Notes under the pieces: model-generated
What the model saw: only the letters and a program-made list of their open reading frames with translations
Told to the model about the DNA's origin: nothing
Databases searched by the model: none
Shown: one piece after another, positions 37,610 through 49,270 of the stretch
How positions within the stretch are numbered: position 1 is the first letter of the stretch
How the letters are laid out: each line of letters opens with the position of its first letter
Translations under genes and position numbers: made by a program
Assembly: GCA_038087875.1 (NCBI GenBank)
Contig: CM075991.1
Location: 4,340,001 to 4,404,000 of the forward strand
DNA from: Malacoraja senta
Taxonomy: Eukaryota
Length of the DNA: 64,000 nucleotides
Direction: 5' to 3'

Positions 37610-38265
37610 ACATAGAAACATAGAAACATAGAAAATAGGTGCAGGAGTAGGCCATTCGGCCCATCAAGTCTACTCCACCATTCAATCATGCCTGATCTAT
37701 CTCTCCCTCCTAATCCCATTCTCCTGCCTTCTTCCCATAACACTTGACACCTGTACTAATCAAGAATCTATCTATCTCTGCCTTAAAAATATTCATTGAC
37801 GGCCTCCATAGTCTTCTGTGGCAAAGAATTCCACAGATTCACCACCCTCCGACTAAAGAAATTCCTCCTCATCTTCTTCCTAAAGGAACGTCCTTTAATT
37901 CTGAGGCTGTGACCTCTAGTCTAGGACCCTCTCACTAGTGGAAACATCCTCTCCACATCTACTCAATCCAAGCCTTTCATTATTCTTCACCCTGAAGAAG
38001 GGTTTCGGCCCGAAACGTTGCCCATTTCCTTCGCTCCATAGATGCTGCTGCACCCGCTGAGTTTCTCCAGCATTTTTGTGTACCTTTCATTATTGGATCC
38101 ATTTCACTGATGTCCCCCCTTTAATCTTCTAAACTCCAGCAAGTACAGGCCCTGTGCCATCAAACGCTCATCATATGTTAACCCACTCATTTCTGGGATC
38201 ATTCTTGTAAACCTCTTCGGGACCCTCTCCAGAGCCAGTACATCCTTCCTCAGATATGGTGCCCA
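37610..38265 (-). mobile_element. CR1 3' portion interrupted by a Penelope unit (~37990-38086)
   Basis: WAPYLRKDVLALERV...FTRMIP; tail (TTTCTATG)n. Confidence 0.85.
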
Positions 38266-39629
38266 ACTTAGAGATACAGCATGGAAACAGGCCCTTCGGC
38301 CCACCGAGTCCACCCTGACCAATATACTAGTTCTATCTTATCCCACATTTGCATCCACTCGCGACACACTGTAATTTGCAGTGACCAATTCACTTACTTT
38401 ATTATGCACTTTATGGGCCTTTATCTTGCTCTAAATGTTATGCCCTTTATCCTTGATCTGTGCACTGTGGACGGCTTCATTGTAATCATCTATAGTCTTT
38501 ACTTTGACTGGATAGCAAGCAAAAGATTTTCAGTGTCCCTCGGTGCACGTGATGATAATAAATTAAGTTATACTAAACTAAAGTAAACTAAATTAAACTA
38601 AGCTAAACTACAAACTATTACTTCTTTAAGATGTGGGGGGAAACCGGAGCACCCAGAGGGAGATGGACACAGAAAGCTGGAGTAACTCAGTGGGTCAGGC
38701 AGCATCTCTGGAGAAAAGGAATAGGTGACATTTCGGATCGAGACTTCAACGTGCAAACTCCGCACAGACAGCAGCCGAGGTCTGGGTCGAACCGGGGTCT
38801 CCGGCGCGGTGAAGCACTGTGCTGGCATACGTTACTGCTCCCGAAGGTTTTCCAGAGTGAGGCGTGCAGCAAATGATCATCAATTGCTGTGGAAAGCAGG
38901 TTGAAGCTTTGCTGAATTAGCTTGGAGTTGCTGGGTCCTGAAGCCACTTTCATTTGGCAGGCTCACTAGAAGTGAGCGATGGCTCCACTGAGTGCTGTGC
39001 TTAGATGTCACTTTAAATTCTGCTCATCTCTCAAGGGTGGAATTCACAAGCCTCCCCGACCCACGAGAAACTGCTCACAGGCTTCCCAAAGTGCTCGAAC
39101 GAGCAAAGGAAGCCTCTCGAAGAATTCGCTGTCGGAGGAACTCATTTAATGGCTGCCTCAGAAGTAGGATAGACACATAGTGCAGGAAGTAACTTAGTGG
39201 ATCGGGCAGCAGCTCGGGAGGAAAAAGGATGGGTTGGAAGCCTTCTTCAGACCTGCTTCTTCCTACACATTTTGCCTGTCTCAGTGGTACCCCAGTCCTG
39301 AATCTGGATGGGCTCCTCACCAGAATGGAGTGTGTTCACTTATTAGGACCCCTCCTTCTCTCGCGACAGTCCCCTCCCGCTCCTGCAGAATACAAAGCCA
39401 ATAATCCTTTTGCTATATATTTAGAGGTGAATTATATTTGATGGAATTTGAGGGTCGAAATGTTGATGGTTGTGGGATTTTGTGCAAACATGCACGTATA
39501 TGTGTGCATGAGAGTGTATTTTCCTGCGTGTATGTGTGCGCGCGTATGCACGTGTGCGTATGTCTGTGTGTAAGTGTATGGATGTGCACATCGGATAGAG
39601 GACCCGCACCATGGACTGGGAGCATTTGA

Positions 39630-39870
39630 CGCCACTGGGCCTGTACTCGCTGGAGTGTAGAAGGATGAGGGGGAACCTCATTGAAAATGTACAGAATAGT
39701 GAAAGGCTTGGATGTGGAGAGGATGTTTCCACCAGTGGGAGAGTCTAGGACTAGAGGTCACAGCTTCAGAATTAAAAGGACGTTCCTTTAGGAAGGAGAT
39801 GAGGAGGAATTTCTTTAGTCGGAGGGTGGTGAATCTGTGGAATTCATTGCCACAGAAGGCTGTGGAGGCC
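39630..39870 (+). mobile_element. CR1 fragment
   Basis: KGRSFRKEMRRNFFSRRVVNLWNSLPQKAVEA. Confidence 0.85.
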
Positions 39871-40067
39871 TGTCCCACTTGGGTGTCATTTGCGCGTCAC
39901 GCAGATGGCGCGCAAAGATTTTGTACATCCTAAAATCCTGGGGCGCCGCGTGCGACCGGGCGTCACTGCCTACGTCACCACGCACCATGCGCGCATCACG
40001 TGCATTATGACGCATAAATGATGTCGCATAAATGACGCGGAAATGACGCCCCAGTGGGACAGGCCCT
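39866..40067. mobile_element. Harbinger-type MITE (relative of 5274-5567)
   Basis: GGCCTGTCCCACTTGGGTGTCATTTGCGCG ... AAATGACGCCCCAGTGGGACAGGCCCT. Confidence 0.8.
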
Positions 40068-40471
40068 TGACGTTGGAGCCTCGCGGGCTGCCTGTGGACT
40101 GATGAATGGGAGGCCGTGCCTCTGGCTCCACTGAAGGCTTTGTAGCCGTCCTACTCCAGGAAGCAGAGATGAGTCAGCGGTGCTTTGAGATGAGCTGTCT
40201 CTCGGAGCCCGTTCCCCTGCCGCCGAGACAAGCAAATCGCGGCAACTTGTCCCACGAAACCCGTCAAGCGTTTACTGAATGTCTCCTCGGAGACCACAGC
40301 CCTCCAACCTCAAACGACAGAGGAAAACGCTACCCAGTTAGCTGGGTTATGGGGCTCTGGGTGATAGGGAGTAACTCTTAGTTTAATTTAGCCTTTGTTT
40401 AAAGATACAGTGCGGAAAAAAGACTCTTCGGCCGACTGAGTCTGCACCGACCAGCGATCCCCGCACACTAA

Positions 40472-40759
40472 AGGGCCTGTCCCACTTACGCGACCACTAC
40501 AGACCACTGCCGGCACACGTCGTAGGTTGAAAATTCAGCGTTGACCAGAAAGACGTTAAGACTCTTTGGAGACCTCTCAGGACCATAGGATGTATTGTCG
40601 TGAGAGGTCTCCTATGGTCGTGAGAGATCTCCAAAGAGTCGTAGCGTCTTTCTTGTCTTTCTGGTCGCTGCTGAATTTTCAACATGTTTGAAAATCTTGG
40701 CGACCTATGACGGGTGCCGGCAGTCGACCTGTAATGGTCGCGTAAGTGGGACAGCCCCT
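40472..40759. mobile_element. Harbinger-type MITE, 288 bp
   Basis: TIR AGGG(C/G)CTGTCCCACTTACGCGACCA; TAA TSD at 40469-40471 and 40760-40762. Confidence 0.88.
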
Positions 40760-40968
40760 TAACGCTATCCTGCACACATTGGGGACAATGTACATTTTGT
40801 TATACCAAGCCAATTAACCTACAAATCTCTACGCCTGTGGAGTGTGGGAGGAATCTTGGAGCATCGGAGAAAACCCACACAGGTCACGGGGAGAACGTAC
40901 ATACTCCGTACAGACAGCACCCGTGGTCAGGATCGAACCCGGGTCCCTGGCACTGTAAGGCAGTCTCT

Positions 40969-41022
40969 GGGGTGGGAGATTGCAACCTTCACGTGCTCAA
41001 CCCTGTTTCGACGAATGCAATC
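40969..41022 (+). ncRNA. Predicted minimal HDV/CPEB3-like self-cleaving ribozyme
   Basis: P1 GGGGUGG / CAACCCU, P2 GAUUGCA / UGCAAUC, P3 ACC / GCU, L3 UUCACGU, J4/2 ACGAA; the two mismatches are corrected in the second copy (GGU-CCACC). Confidence 0.75.
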
Positions 41023-41104
41023 AACCTGGCGTGCACAAACAGAAGATCAAACAGAACAAGTTGTCTTACAACTTTAGGCTGAGCACGCCATACGCAAGAA
41101 GAAG
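40969..41104 (+). mobile_element. 136-bp non-coding retroelement with (GAA)n tail
   Basis: 12-bp TSD AAGGCAGTCTCT (40957-40968, 41105-41116); second copy at 43571-43699 with the same 5' end. Confidence 0.88.
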
Positions 41105-41576
41105 AAGGCAGTCTCTCAACTGCTATGCCACCCTGGCACCCCTTATCTCTTGTAAAGCCAGAGAGGGTTCTGAAGGTCCTACCATGGTCAAACTGAGTCA
41201 TATCACAAAATGCTGAAGTTCATAAGCCGTAGGAACAGAATTAGGCCATTCGGCCCATCGGGTCTACTCTACCATTCAATCATGGCCCATTCTCCTGTCT
41301 TCTCCCCGAAAACCTTTGACACCCTTACAAATCAAGACCCCATTAAACTCTGCTTTAAAAACACCCAATGACTTGGGCAAGTCTGTGGCAATGAACTCCA
41401 CGGATTCACTACCCTCTGGCTAAAGAAATTCCTCCTCATCTTCATTCTAAAAGTACATCCTTTTATTCTGATATCCTGATATCCTGATCCCTCTTCTCCG
41501 CACCCACTGTTCCTGGTCTGTACACGCAAAGGAAGACAAAAGAAAAAAGGGAAGGAAGTAGGAAAAGTAGAACAGG

Positions 41577-41860
41577 AGGGCGGCTCAGTGGCGCAGCGGG
41601 TAGAGCTGCTGCCTCACGGCGCCAGAGACCCGGGTTCGATCCTGACCTCGGGTGCTGACTGTGTGGAGTTTGCACGTTCTCCCTGTGAACACCTGGGTTT
41701 TCTCCAGGAGATCCGGTTTCCTCAAACATCCCAAAGACATGCGGGTTTTCCATTTAATTGCTCCCTAGTGTATAAGATGCAAAAGTGGGATAACATAGAA
41801 CTAGTGTGAACGCGTGTTCGATGGTCGGCATGGATTCAATGGGCTGAAGGGCCTGTTTAT
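41577..41860 (+). mobile_element. HE1-type V-SINE
   Basis: Head with A and B boxes, V-domain, tail. Confidence 0.87.
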
Positions 41861-42709
41861 ATAATCTTAACATAAAGAAAAGTAAAGTTAAAGAGAGGAT
41901 AGAAAGATCGTAATAATGAGAGATAGGAAAATAAGTCAAAAAATTATGTTTGGGCCAATTTGCTGTTTTCACATCTACAGTATAATTAGAGATTGGTCAG
42001 CATGGACTCGATGGGCCGAACGGCCTGTTTCCATGCTTTCAACCGATCAAATAAGAAAACAGTTAAAATAAAGGAAGGGAAATGTAATGAGAGAAATTGA
42101 ATGAGAAAAATAGTGAAAATGAGAGGTGGAAAGCTGAAACGAAATAATCTGCGTTTGGAGTAGGAAGGAACTGCAGATGTTGGTTTAAACCGAACATAGA
42201 CACAAAAAAGTGACCCAAAACATCTTCCATTGCTTCTCTCCAGAGATGCTGCCTGTCCCGCTGTGTCTATCGCTTGTGAGTTTGGGCCAGTCTGAGTCGG
42301 TAATTAGGGAGTGGATTATGAAGCATTGCCTCCTGCGGTGTTCTTGGGCTTATTAAGTCGACCTTGCCCACAATGGTGTTTGAAGTAAAATAATGAAAGC
42401 ATGTTCCTGCAGCATAGGGAGGGGATGGAGGCTGGGCAGTCGGGGTCCGTAATACTGCTGGCAGCTTCTGTGCAGAGTTGCAGACATGTGGAGTGCTGCA
42501 TACATGTTCCCTCACCCCATCCGCAGTGACAAAGGGCAAATGTGCATACATCCCCCTGCGCTGGAGAGATCCCGCTCTCAGTCTGGGCTGTTATTAATCT
42601 ACACTCTACAGGGCCAAGAAGCACGTCGTAACTCTTGGGAAATTGTGGCTATAAACACGTCCCAGAACAATAATTAAAATGGACAATTCTCCTCGGAGAG
42701 AAACGCAGT

Positions 42710-43145
<436 letters not shown>

Positions 43146-43499
43146 TTCAGATAATGGGCACAAAGAGAGAAAACAAATCTACATTTGCAAATGAGAAAGG
43201 CAGTAAGATAGAGAGGGAAGAGAGGGGGAGACGGAAGTCACCCAGACATAAGAAGATGTGGGAACAAACAGGAGAGAGGTTTGGTACAGAAAACAAAACT
43301 CCACTGGGCTGTGGGCAGTGTCTCTGATATCATTCTCTGTAAAGTCACCAGGGGAGGTGGCTGTTGCTGAGGAAGGAAGACTGCGTGACCTTCTCAACAA
43401 CTGCAGTGCAGGCAAGTTAATAATATCGATGCCTGCGACATCCTTGCAGCCTGTGGGAGGAGGGTGGTGAGGGGAGGCACGGCCTACAATGGCAGCATT

Positions 43500-43915
43500 A
43501 GTTTAGTTCAGTTTGGAGATCGGCGCGCACTTCCCGCACATTAACACGATGCTACACACAATGTACACTTCTTCTTGTGTATGGCGTGCACAGCCTAAAG
43601 TTGTAGGACAACTTGTTCTATTTGATCTTATTTGACTGCATTCGTCAACCTGGCGTGTGCAACCTGGTGGACCACGTGAAGGTTGCAATCTCCCACCCCA
43701 ACAGTTTACACTTATACCAAGCCAATTCACCTACAAACCTGTACGTATTTGGGGAGCAGGGACACAAGGAGAGTGTGGGACACAAACCCACGTGGTCACG
43801 GGGAGAATGTACAAACTCCATACAGACAAGCACCCGTAGTCGGGATCGAACCCGGGTCTCCGGTGCTGCAAGCGCTGTAAGGCAGCAACTCTACCGCTGC
43901 GCCACCGTGCTGCCC
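43500..43915 (-). mobile_element. HE1-type V-SINE containing the second ribozyme-headed element
   Basis: Head at ~43915, V-domain, tail; interrupted at 43571-43699. Confidence 0.82.
43571..43699 (-). mobile_element. Second copy of the HDV-ribozyme-headed short element (internally rearranged)
   Basis: GGGGTGGGAGATTGCAACCTTCACGTGGTCCACC...ACGAATGCAGTC...GGCTGTGCACGCCATACACAAGAAGAAG; degenerate 13-bp TSD acaatgtacactt / acagtttacactt. Confidence 0.85.
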
Positions 43916-44244
43916 TGGTGTGGCTCTGGGAATCAATATGTGACAGACCACCCACCACAGACCACCCAGACCGACCCCCACCTCCAGACAAATGTCACCA
44001 CTCTGACTTGCAGACTGGAGCTTGTGTTGAGAGACTCCAGTGTGTTATCTCTCGGATTAGTCTCGCCACACACGGATCACAGGCGAGATTAAAATGTAAT
44101 GCCTGTTTCCAAATAACCTTGAAGCCTGCAGCTGCCTGTGTGGACAAGGTTAACCTGCAGTAGTCGGGGAGTGGGATCCCAGCATTTAGATCCAATGATG
44201 ATGGGCCCTGATCCGAAACATCGCCTATCCATTCCCCGCGCACA

Positions 44245-44520
44245 CAGTTTAGTTCGGTTTTGTTTAGAGATATGGCGTTGAAACAGGTCCTTTGGCCCCT
44301 CGAGTCCGCGCCTTGCACTAGGTCTATCTTGCACACGAGGGAGAATTTTACAGCAGCCATTTAACCCATAAACTTACACGTCTTTGGAATGTGGTGGGAA
44401 ACCGGAGCTCCCGGAGGAAACCCACGCGGTCACGGGGAGAACGTGCAACTAAACGCAGACAGCACCCGAGGTCGGGATTGAACCTGGGTCTCTGGCTCTG
44501 TGAGGCAGCAGCTCTATTGA
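44245..44520 (-). mobile_element. HE1-type V-SINE
   Basis: V-domain and tail on minus strand. Confidence 0.82.
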
Positions 44521-44654
44521 GTGCACAATGCAGTCACTTTTGTTAGAGCATCTTTACTCGGAGGGTAGTTAATCTGCGGTACTCATCGCCACAGAGGGCT
44601 GTGGAGGCAATCAGTGGATATTTTTAAGGCAGAGATAGACAAATTCTTGGTTAG

Positions 44655-44871
44655 TGTTTAAGAAGGAACTGCAGATGCTAGAAAATCGAAGGTAGACAAA
44701 ATTGCTGGAGAAACGCAGCGGGTGCAGCAGCATCTATGGAGCGAAGGAAATAGGCAACGTTTCGGGCCGAAACCCTTCTTCAGACTGCTGTTAAACCAGA
44801 CCGCGCCTATTTCTTTCGCTCCATAGATGCTGCCGCACCCGCTGAGTTTCTCCAGCAATTTTGTCTACCTT
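44655..44871 (-). mobile_element. Fold-back Penelope mini-element with hammerhead-type core, inside a CR1 fragment (~44550-45010)
   Basis: 14-bp TSD AAATTCTTGGTTAG (44641-44654, 44872-44885); CTGAAGAAGGGTTTCGGCCCGAAACGTT on minus. Confidence 0.85.
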
Positions 44872-45585
44872 AAATTCTTGGTTAGAACAGGTGTCAAGGG
44901 TTATGGGGAGAAGGCAGGATAATGAGATTAGGAGGCAGAGATCAGCCATGATTGAATGGTGTAGACCCCATGGGCCGAATGGCCTCACTCTACTCCTAGA
45001 ACTTGTGAACTTGTCACCTCACTACACTCGACCCTGCTGCAAATTTCCTAAGGGTTGTGCCTTCCCTCGTTTCCTTGCTCATTAGTCACAGGAGTCCGAT
45101 TTCACCAGGCAAGAGGATGCTTGTACGTTTAGTGTTGTTCGTTGGAGATGGGAGAAGGGAGTGGGTGTGGCCCGCACCCAATGTCTGCAGCACTTGCTCA
45201 GCAGAACCAAGGGCCCCAACTGTGGACCCTGCCAGACCACACTATCATTAATCTTCTTCAGCTGCCTTTAAGATGAGGATGGTCACTTCATCAGCAAACC
45301 ACAGAAACATAGAAAAATAGGTGCAAGAGTAGACCATTCGGCCCTTCGAGCCAGCACCGCCTTTCAATATGAACATGGCTGATCATCTAAAATCTGTACT
45401 TAAGGCCTCGTTCCTGCTTTTTTCACCATATCCCTTGATTCCTTTAGACCTAAGAGCTAAATCTAACCCTCTCTTGAAAACACAAAGACCATATGCTGAA
45501 GTGACGACACAACGCTTTTACACTGTGGACGAAAGTCTCAGCAAATACCTTTCAGTCATAGAAGAGGCCATTCGGCCCCTCAAGT

Positions 45586-48495
45586 CTCTGGGAATCCTTC
45601 AAAGCATTTATAAGAGGAGTCATTATTTCATTTCAAGCTTATCAAAATAAAAAGAATAAGAATGAACAAAGACACTTAGAAGATCAAATAAAACAGTTAG
45701 ATATAGATAATGCTAAAGACCCAACTATGGATAAACATAATAAAATACTACTACTGAAATTTCAGTTAAATAAATTACTGTCAGAGAAAGTTATAACATT
45801 ATTTCAAATCACAAAACAAGAACACTTCGAATTCGGGGACAAACCCCACAAACTTCTAGCACGACAACTTAAAAAACGGGAAAAAGAGAATGCAATATTA
45901 AAGATTAAATCAGATAGAGGGGAAGTATTAACACTACCCAAGGATATTAATAAAAGATTTGCTCAATTTTACCAGAATCTATACACATCTAAAACGTCAA
46001 TAGACAATAATAAAATCTCAGAATTTTTAGATAATTGTAATCTACCACAATTAGAACGCAGGGAACAAGAGGAACTGGGAGCACAAATTACTTCTAAGGA
46101 GATAGAAGACACAATAAAAACACTAAAAAATGGAAAAACACCAGGACCAGACGGATTCAGTAATGAATTTTATAAATCTTTTTATGATATAGTTACTCCA
46201 CGATTACAAAAAATGTATACATATGCTTATAAAGAGCAAAACCTACCTGAAACACTAGCGGAATCAACGATCATATTAATACTTAAAAAAGATAAAAATA
46301 TAGAAGAACCAGGATCATATAGAGCTATTGCTTTGTTAAATACGGATCAGAAAATAATAGCAAAAACATTAGCCAATAGATTAAGCAAGTATGTTAGTAG
46401 ACTAATACATGAGGATCAAACAGGATTTATACCTAAGAGACACTCATTTAATAATTTGAGACGTTTGCTTAACATAATGCATTCACATAAATCTTATGAC
46501 CAAGAGTTAGCTATCATCTCACTGGACGCAGAAAAAGCGTTTGATCAAGTAGAATGGGACTATATGATCAAAGTATTGCAAAAATTCCAATTGGGAGAAA
46601 ACTTTATTGCATGGATAAAACTACTATATAACAAACCTACGGCTAGAATACTAACTAATAATATATTATCTTCAAAATTCGAATTATCTAGGGGCAACAG
46701 ACAAGGATGTTCACTATCACCGCTGTTATTTGCTTTGGTAATTGAACCCCTTGCTGAAAAAATAAGAACACACTCGAATATTCACGGTTATAACACAAAA
46801 TATTCAAACAACAAACTATCCCTATATGCTGATGATGTACTACTGTACATCACAAAACCACAAATTAGTATACCAAATATATTAAACTTAATTGAGGACT
46901 TTGGATCCTTTTCAGGATATAGAATAAATTGGAACAAAAGTGAAATTATGTCGATTAAACCAAAAGACTCAACACATCTCAGGAAATTCCCTTTTAAAAT
47001 AGCTATGGAAAAATTCAAATATTTAGGAATTGAGATTACTAGAAATTACCATGATATGTTTAAAGCTAATTATAATCCCCTACTTAAGAAATTAAATAAT
47101 CTGATTAAATTTTGGAAAACACTTCCGATGTCCTTAATAGGTAGGATAAATGCTATAAAAATGATTTTCTTACCACAAATCCTTTACCTATTTCAATCAA
47201 TACCTATATATCTCCCAAAAAAGTTTTTCAAAAAACTGGACTCAGACATTACAAATTTTATATGGGATTACAAATCCCACAGAATACAAAGAACACACCT
47301 TAACAAACGAAAAGAGTTGGGGGGTCTAGCGCTCCCTAACTTTATGTATTATAACTGGGCAGTAAATATTAAAAATATGATTCACCTGCTGGACAATTCT
47401 GCCCAGCAGGTGGACTGGATTATAATGGAAAAAGGGGATTGCTCCCCGAATAATATAGGAGCGATTATTCTCTCTCCAATAAATTTGAATAATAAAAATT
47501 ATAATAAAAATCCAATTATATATAGCACTATTAGAACATGGAAGCAAATAAAACAGAATCTAAAATTAAGAAACCTATCTCTCTTAATACCAATAGTCAA
47601 TAACCCATCGTTTAAACCTTCAATCATAGATAAAGCATTTATACAATGGGAAAGAATGGGAATTAAAACGCTCGAAGATCTGTATGAATTAGAAAAATTA
47701 CTATCATTCCAACAACTTCAACTGAAATATAATTTGAAAAATAATCAATATTTTAAATATCTACAAATCTGTGACTATTTGAAAACACACACAAAAGATT
47801 ATTATAATATGCCTTCCGACTTACTAGATGAAGCAATGAAGACAAAGGCGGAATCAGTTAATTTAATATCATACTTATATAATATCATCTTAAATATAGA
47901 AATACCCACAACAGATGGAATTAGAAGAGATTGGGAACAAGATCTAGGTATAAAAATTTCAAAAGAGAGTTGGGATAATCATTTATTACAGGTGCATAAA
48001 TGCTCGATCAACGTACGACATACGCTTATCCAATTTAAAACATTACATAGATTATATTATTCAAAAACCAAACTAAATAAAATCTTTCCTAACGTCTCAC
48101 CAATCTGTGATAAATGTATATGTCAAGAAGCTACCATAGCACATTCTTTTGTTTTTTGTACAAAAATCCAAAAATTCTGGTTTGAAATATTTGATATTTT
48201 TTCAAAATTAATCAAAATAAAACTGGTACCAAAACCAGAATGGATTATTTTTGGAATATCGGAAGGTATTCCTGAATTAAACGTGTATCAGAAGAATTTA
48301 CTCAATTATGGGCTAATAATGGGAAAAAAGCTTATACTTAAATTCTGGAAAAATGCGCCCACACCAACAATAAAAATGTGGACATCAAATATGTTGGAAA
48401 CATTACATCTGGAAGAGATGAGATTCCTCCTAGTAGGCAAAGTAGATCAATTTCAAAAGACGTGGTCTACGTTTTTGGACCTATTACAAGCATGA
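45586..48495 (+). CDS. ORF2: L1 ORF2p fragment: RT and C-terminal CCHC; endonuclease lost by truncation (frame open from LWESFKAFIRG)
   Basis: KTPGPDGF, YRAIALLN.D.K, SLDAEKAFD, GNRQGCSLSPLLF, LYADD, KYLGI, CDKC...H....C; no stops or frameshifts. Confidence 0.93.
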   Translation, partial: LWESFKAFIRGVIISFQAYQNKKNKNEQRHLEDQIKQLDIDNAKDPTMDKHNKILLLKFQLNKLLSEKVITLFQITKQEHFEFGDKPHKLLARQLKKREKENAILKIKSDRGEVLTLPKDINKRFAQFYQNLYTSKTSIDNNKISEFLDNCNLPQLERREQEELGAQITSKEIEDTIKTLKNGKTPGPDGFSNEFYKSFYDIVTPRLQKMYTYAYKEQNLPETLAESTIILILKKDKNIEEPGSYRAIALLNTDQKIIAKTLANRLSKYVSRLIHEDQTGFIPKRHSFNNLRRLLNIMHSHKSYDQELAIISLDAEKAFDQVEWDYMIKVLQKFQLGENFIAWIKLLYNKPTARILTNNILSSKFELSRGNRQGCSLSPLLFALVIEPLAEKIRTHSNIHGYNTKYSNNKLSLYADDVLLYITKPQISIPNILNLIEDFGSFSGYRINWNKSEIMSIKPKDSTHLRKFPFKIAMEKFKYLGIEITRNYHDMFKANYNPLLKKLNNLIKFWKTLPMSLIGRINAIKMIFLPQILYLFQSIPIYLPKKFFKKLDSDITNFIWDYKSHRIQRTHLNKRKELGGLALPNFMYYNWAVNIKNMIHLLDNSAQQVDWIIMEKGDCSPNNIGAIILSPINLNNKNYNKNPIIYSTIRTWKQIKQNLKLRNLSLLIPIVNNPSFKPSIIDKAFIQWERMGIKTLEDLYELEKLLSFQQLQLKYNLKNNQYFKYLQICDYLKTHTKDYYNMPSDLLDEAMKTKAESVNLISYLYNIILNIEIPTTDGIRRDWEQDLGIKISKESWDNHLLQVHKCSINVRHTLIQFKTLHRLYYSKTKLNKIFPNVSPICDKCICQEATIAHSFVFCTKIQKFWFEIFDIFSKLIKIKLVPKPEWIIFGISEGIPELNVYQKNLLNYGLIMGKKLILKFWKNAPTPTIKMWTSNMLETLHLEEMRFLLVGKVDQFQKTWSTFLDLLQA

Positions 48496-48832
48496 GGTGC
48501 AATAGTAATTTAGAAAAACAAATAAATAAATAAAAGGTATCTGGACCTGGTAATGGGAGGTAAAATAAAAACAGACTTGGTTGGTAGTTCCTTCTCTATG
48601 AAGTATGGTATAAGAGTTATAATAGAGCGATTGTTCCTTCTTTCTTTCTCTTTTTTTTTCTAGGGTCTATTTTCTAACTTTACTTCCTTCTCTAACTTCT
48701 TTTCTAAGGGGCTTTCTTTTCCCAACACTCTTTTGCACCTCACAACCTTTGCGCACTTTCTTCACTTTTCTTACTTCTTTCTTTTTCTTTCTTAAAAAAA
48801 AAAAAAATAATAAAAAAAAATAAAAAAAAAAA
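45591..48832 (+). mobile_element. L1 LINE, 5'-truncated, young
   Basis: Poly(A) tail ending at 48832; 9-bp TSD AAGTCTCTG (45582-45590, 48833-48841). Confidence 0.95.
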
Positions 48833-48929
48833 AAGTCTCTGCCAGCCCTTCCAACGATCAATCCTGTTAATCCCACTCCCCGTTCTTTCCCTATATATTT
48901 TTACCCTAGTGTTTATCATTTTGCATCAT

Positions 48930-49270
48930 AGTTCATAAGTCCAAGGAGCAGAATAAGGCCATTTGGCCCATCAAGTCTCCGCCATTCAATCATGGCTGAT
49001 CGACCTTTCCCTCTCAACCTGATTCTCCTGCCTTCTCCCCATAACTGACACCTGTACTGATCAAGAATCTATCAATGTCCGCCTTTAAAATATCCATTGG
49101 CTTGGCCTCCACAGCCATCTGTGGCAAAGAATTCCACAGATTCACCACCCTCTAATGAAATTCCTTCTCATCACTGTTTTAAAGGTAGGTCCTTTTATTC
49201 TGAGGCTATGGCCTCTGGACCTAGACACTCCCACTAGTGGAAACGTCTTCTCCACATCCACTCCATCCTG
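48930..49270 (-). mobile_element. CR1 3' fragment
   Basis: FPLVGVSRSRGHSLRIKG..F; CR1 tail. Confidence 0.85.

Larger units (their letters stand above)
40385..41140 (-). mobile_element. HE1-type V-SINE containing two nested insertions
   Basis: SINE is collinear once 40472-40759 and 40969-41104 are removed. Confidence 0.85.
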
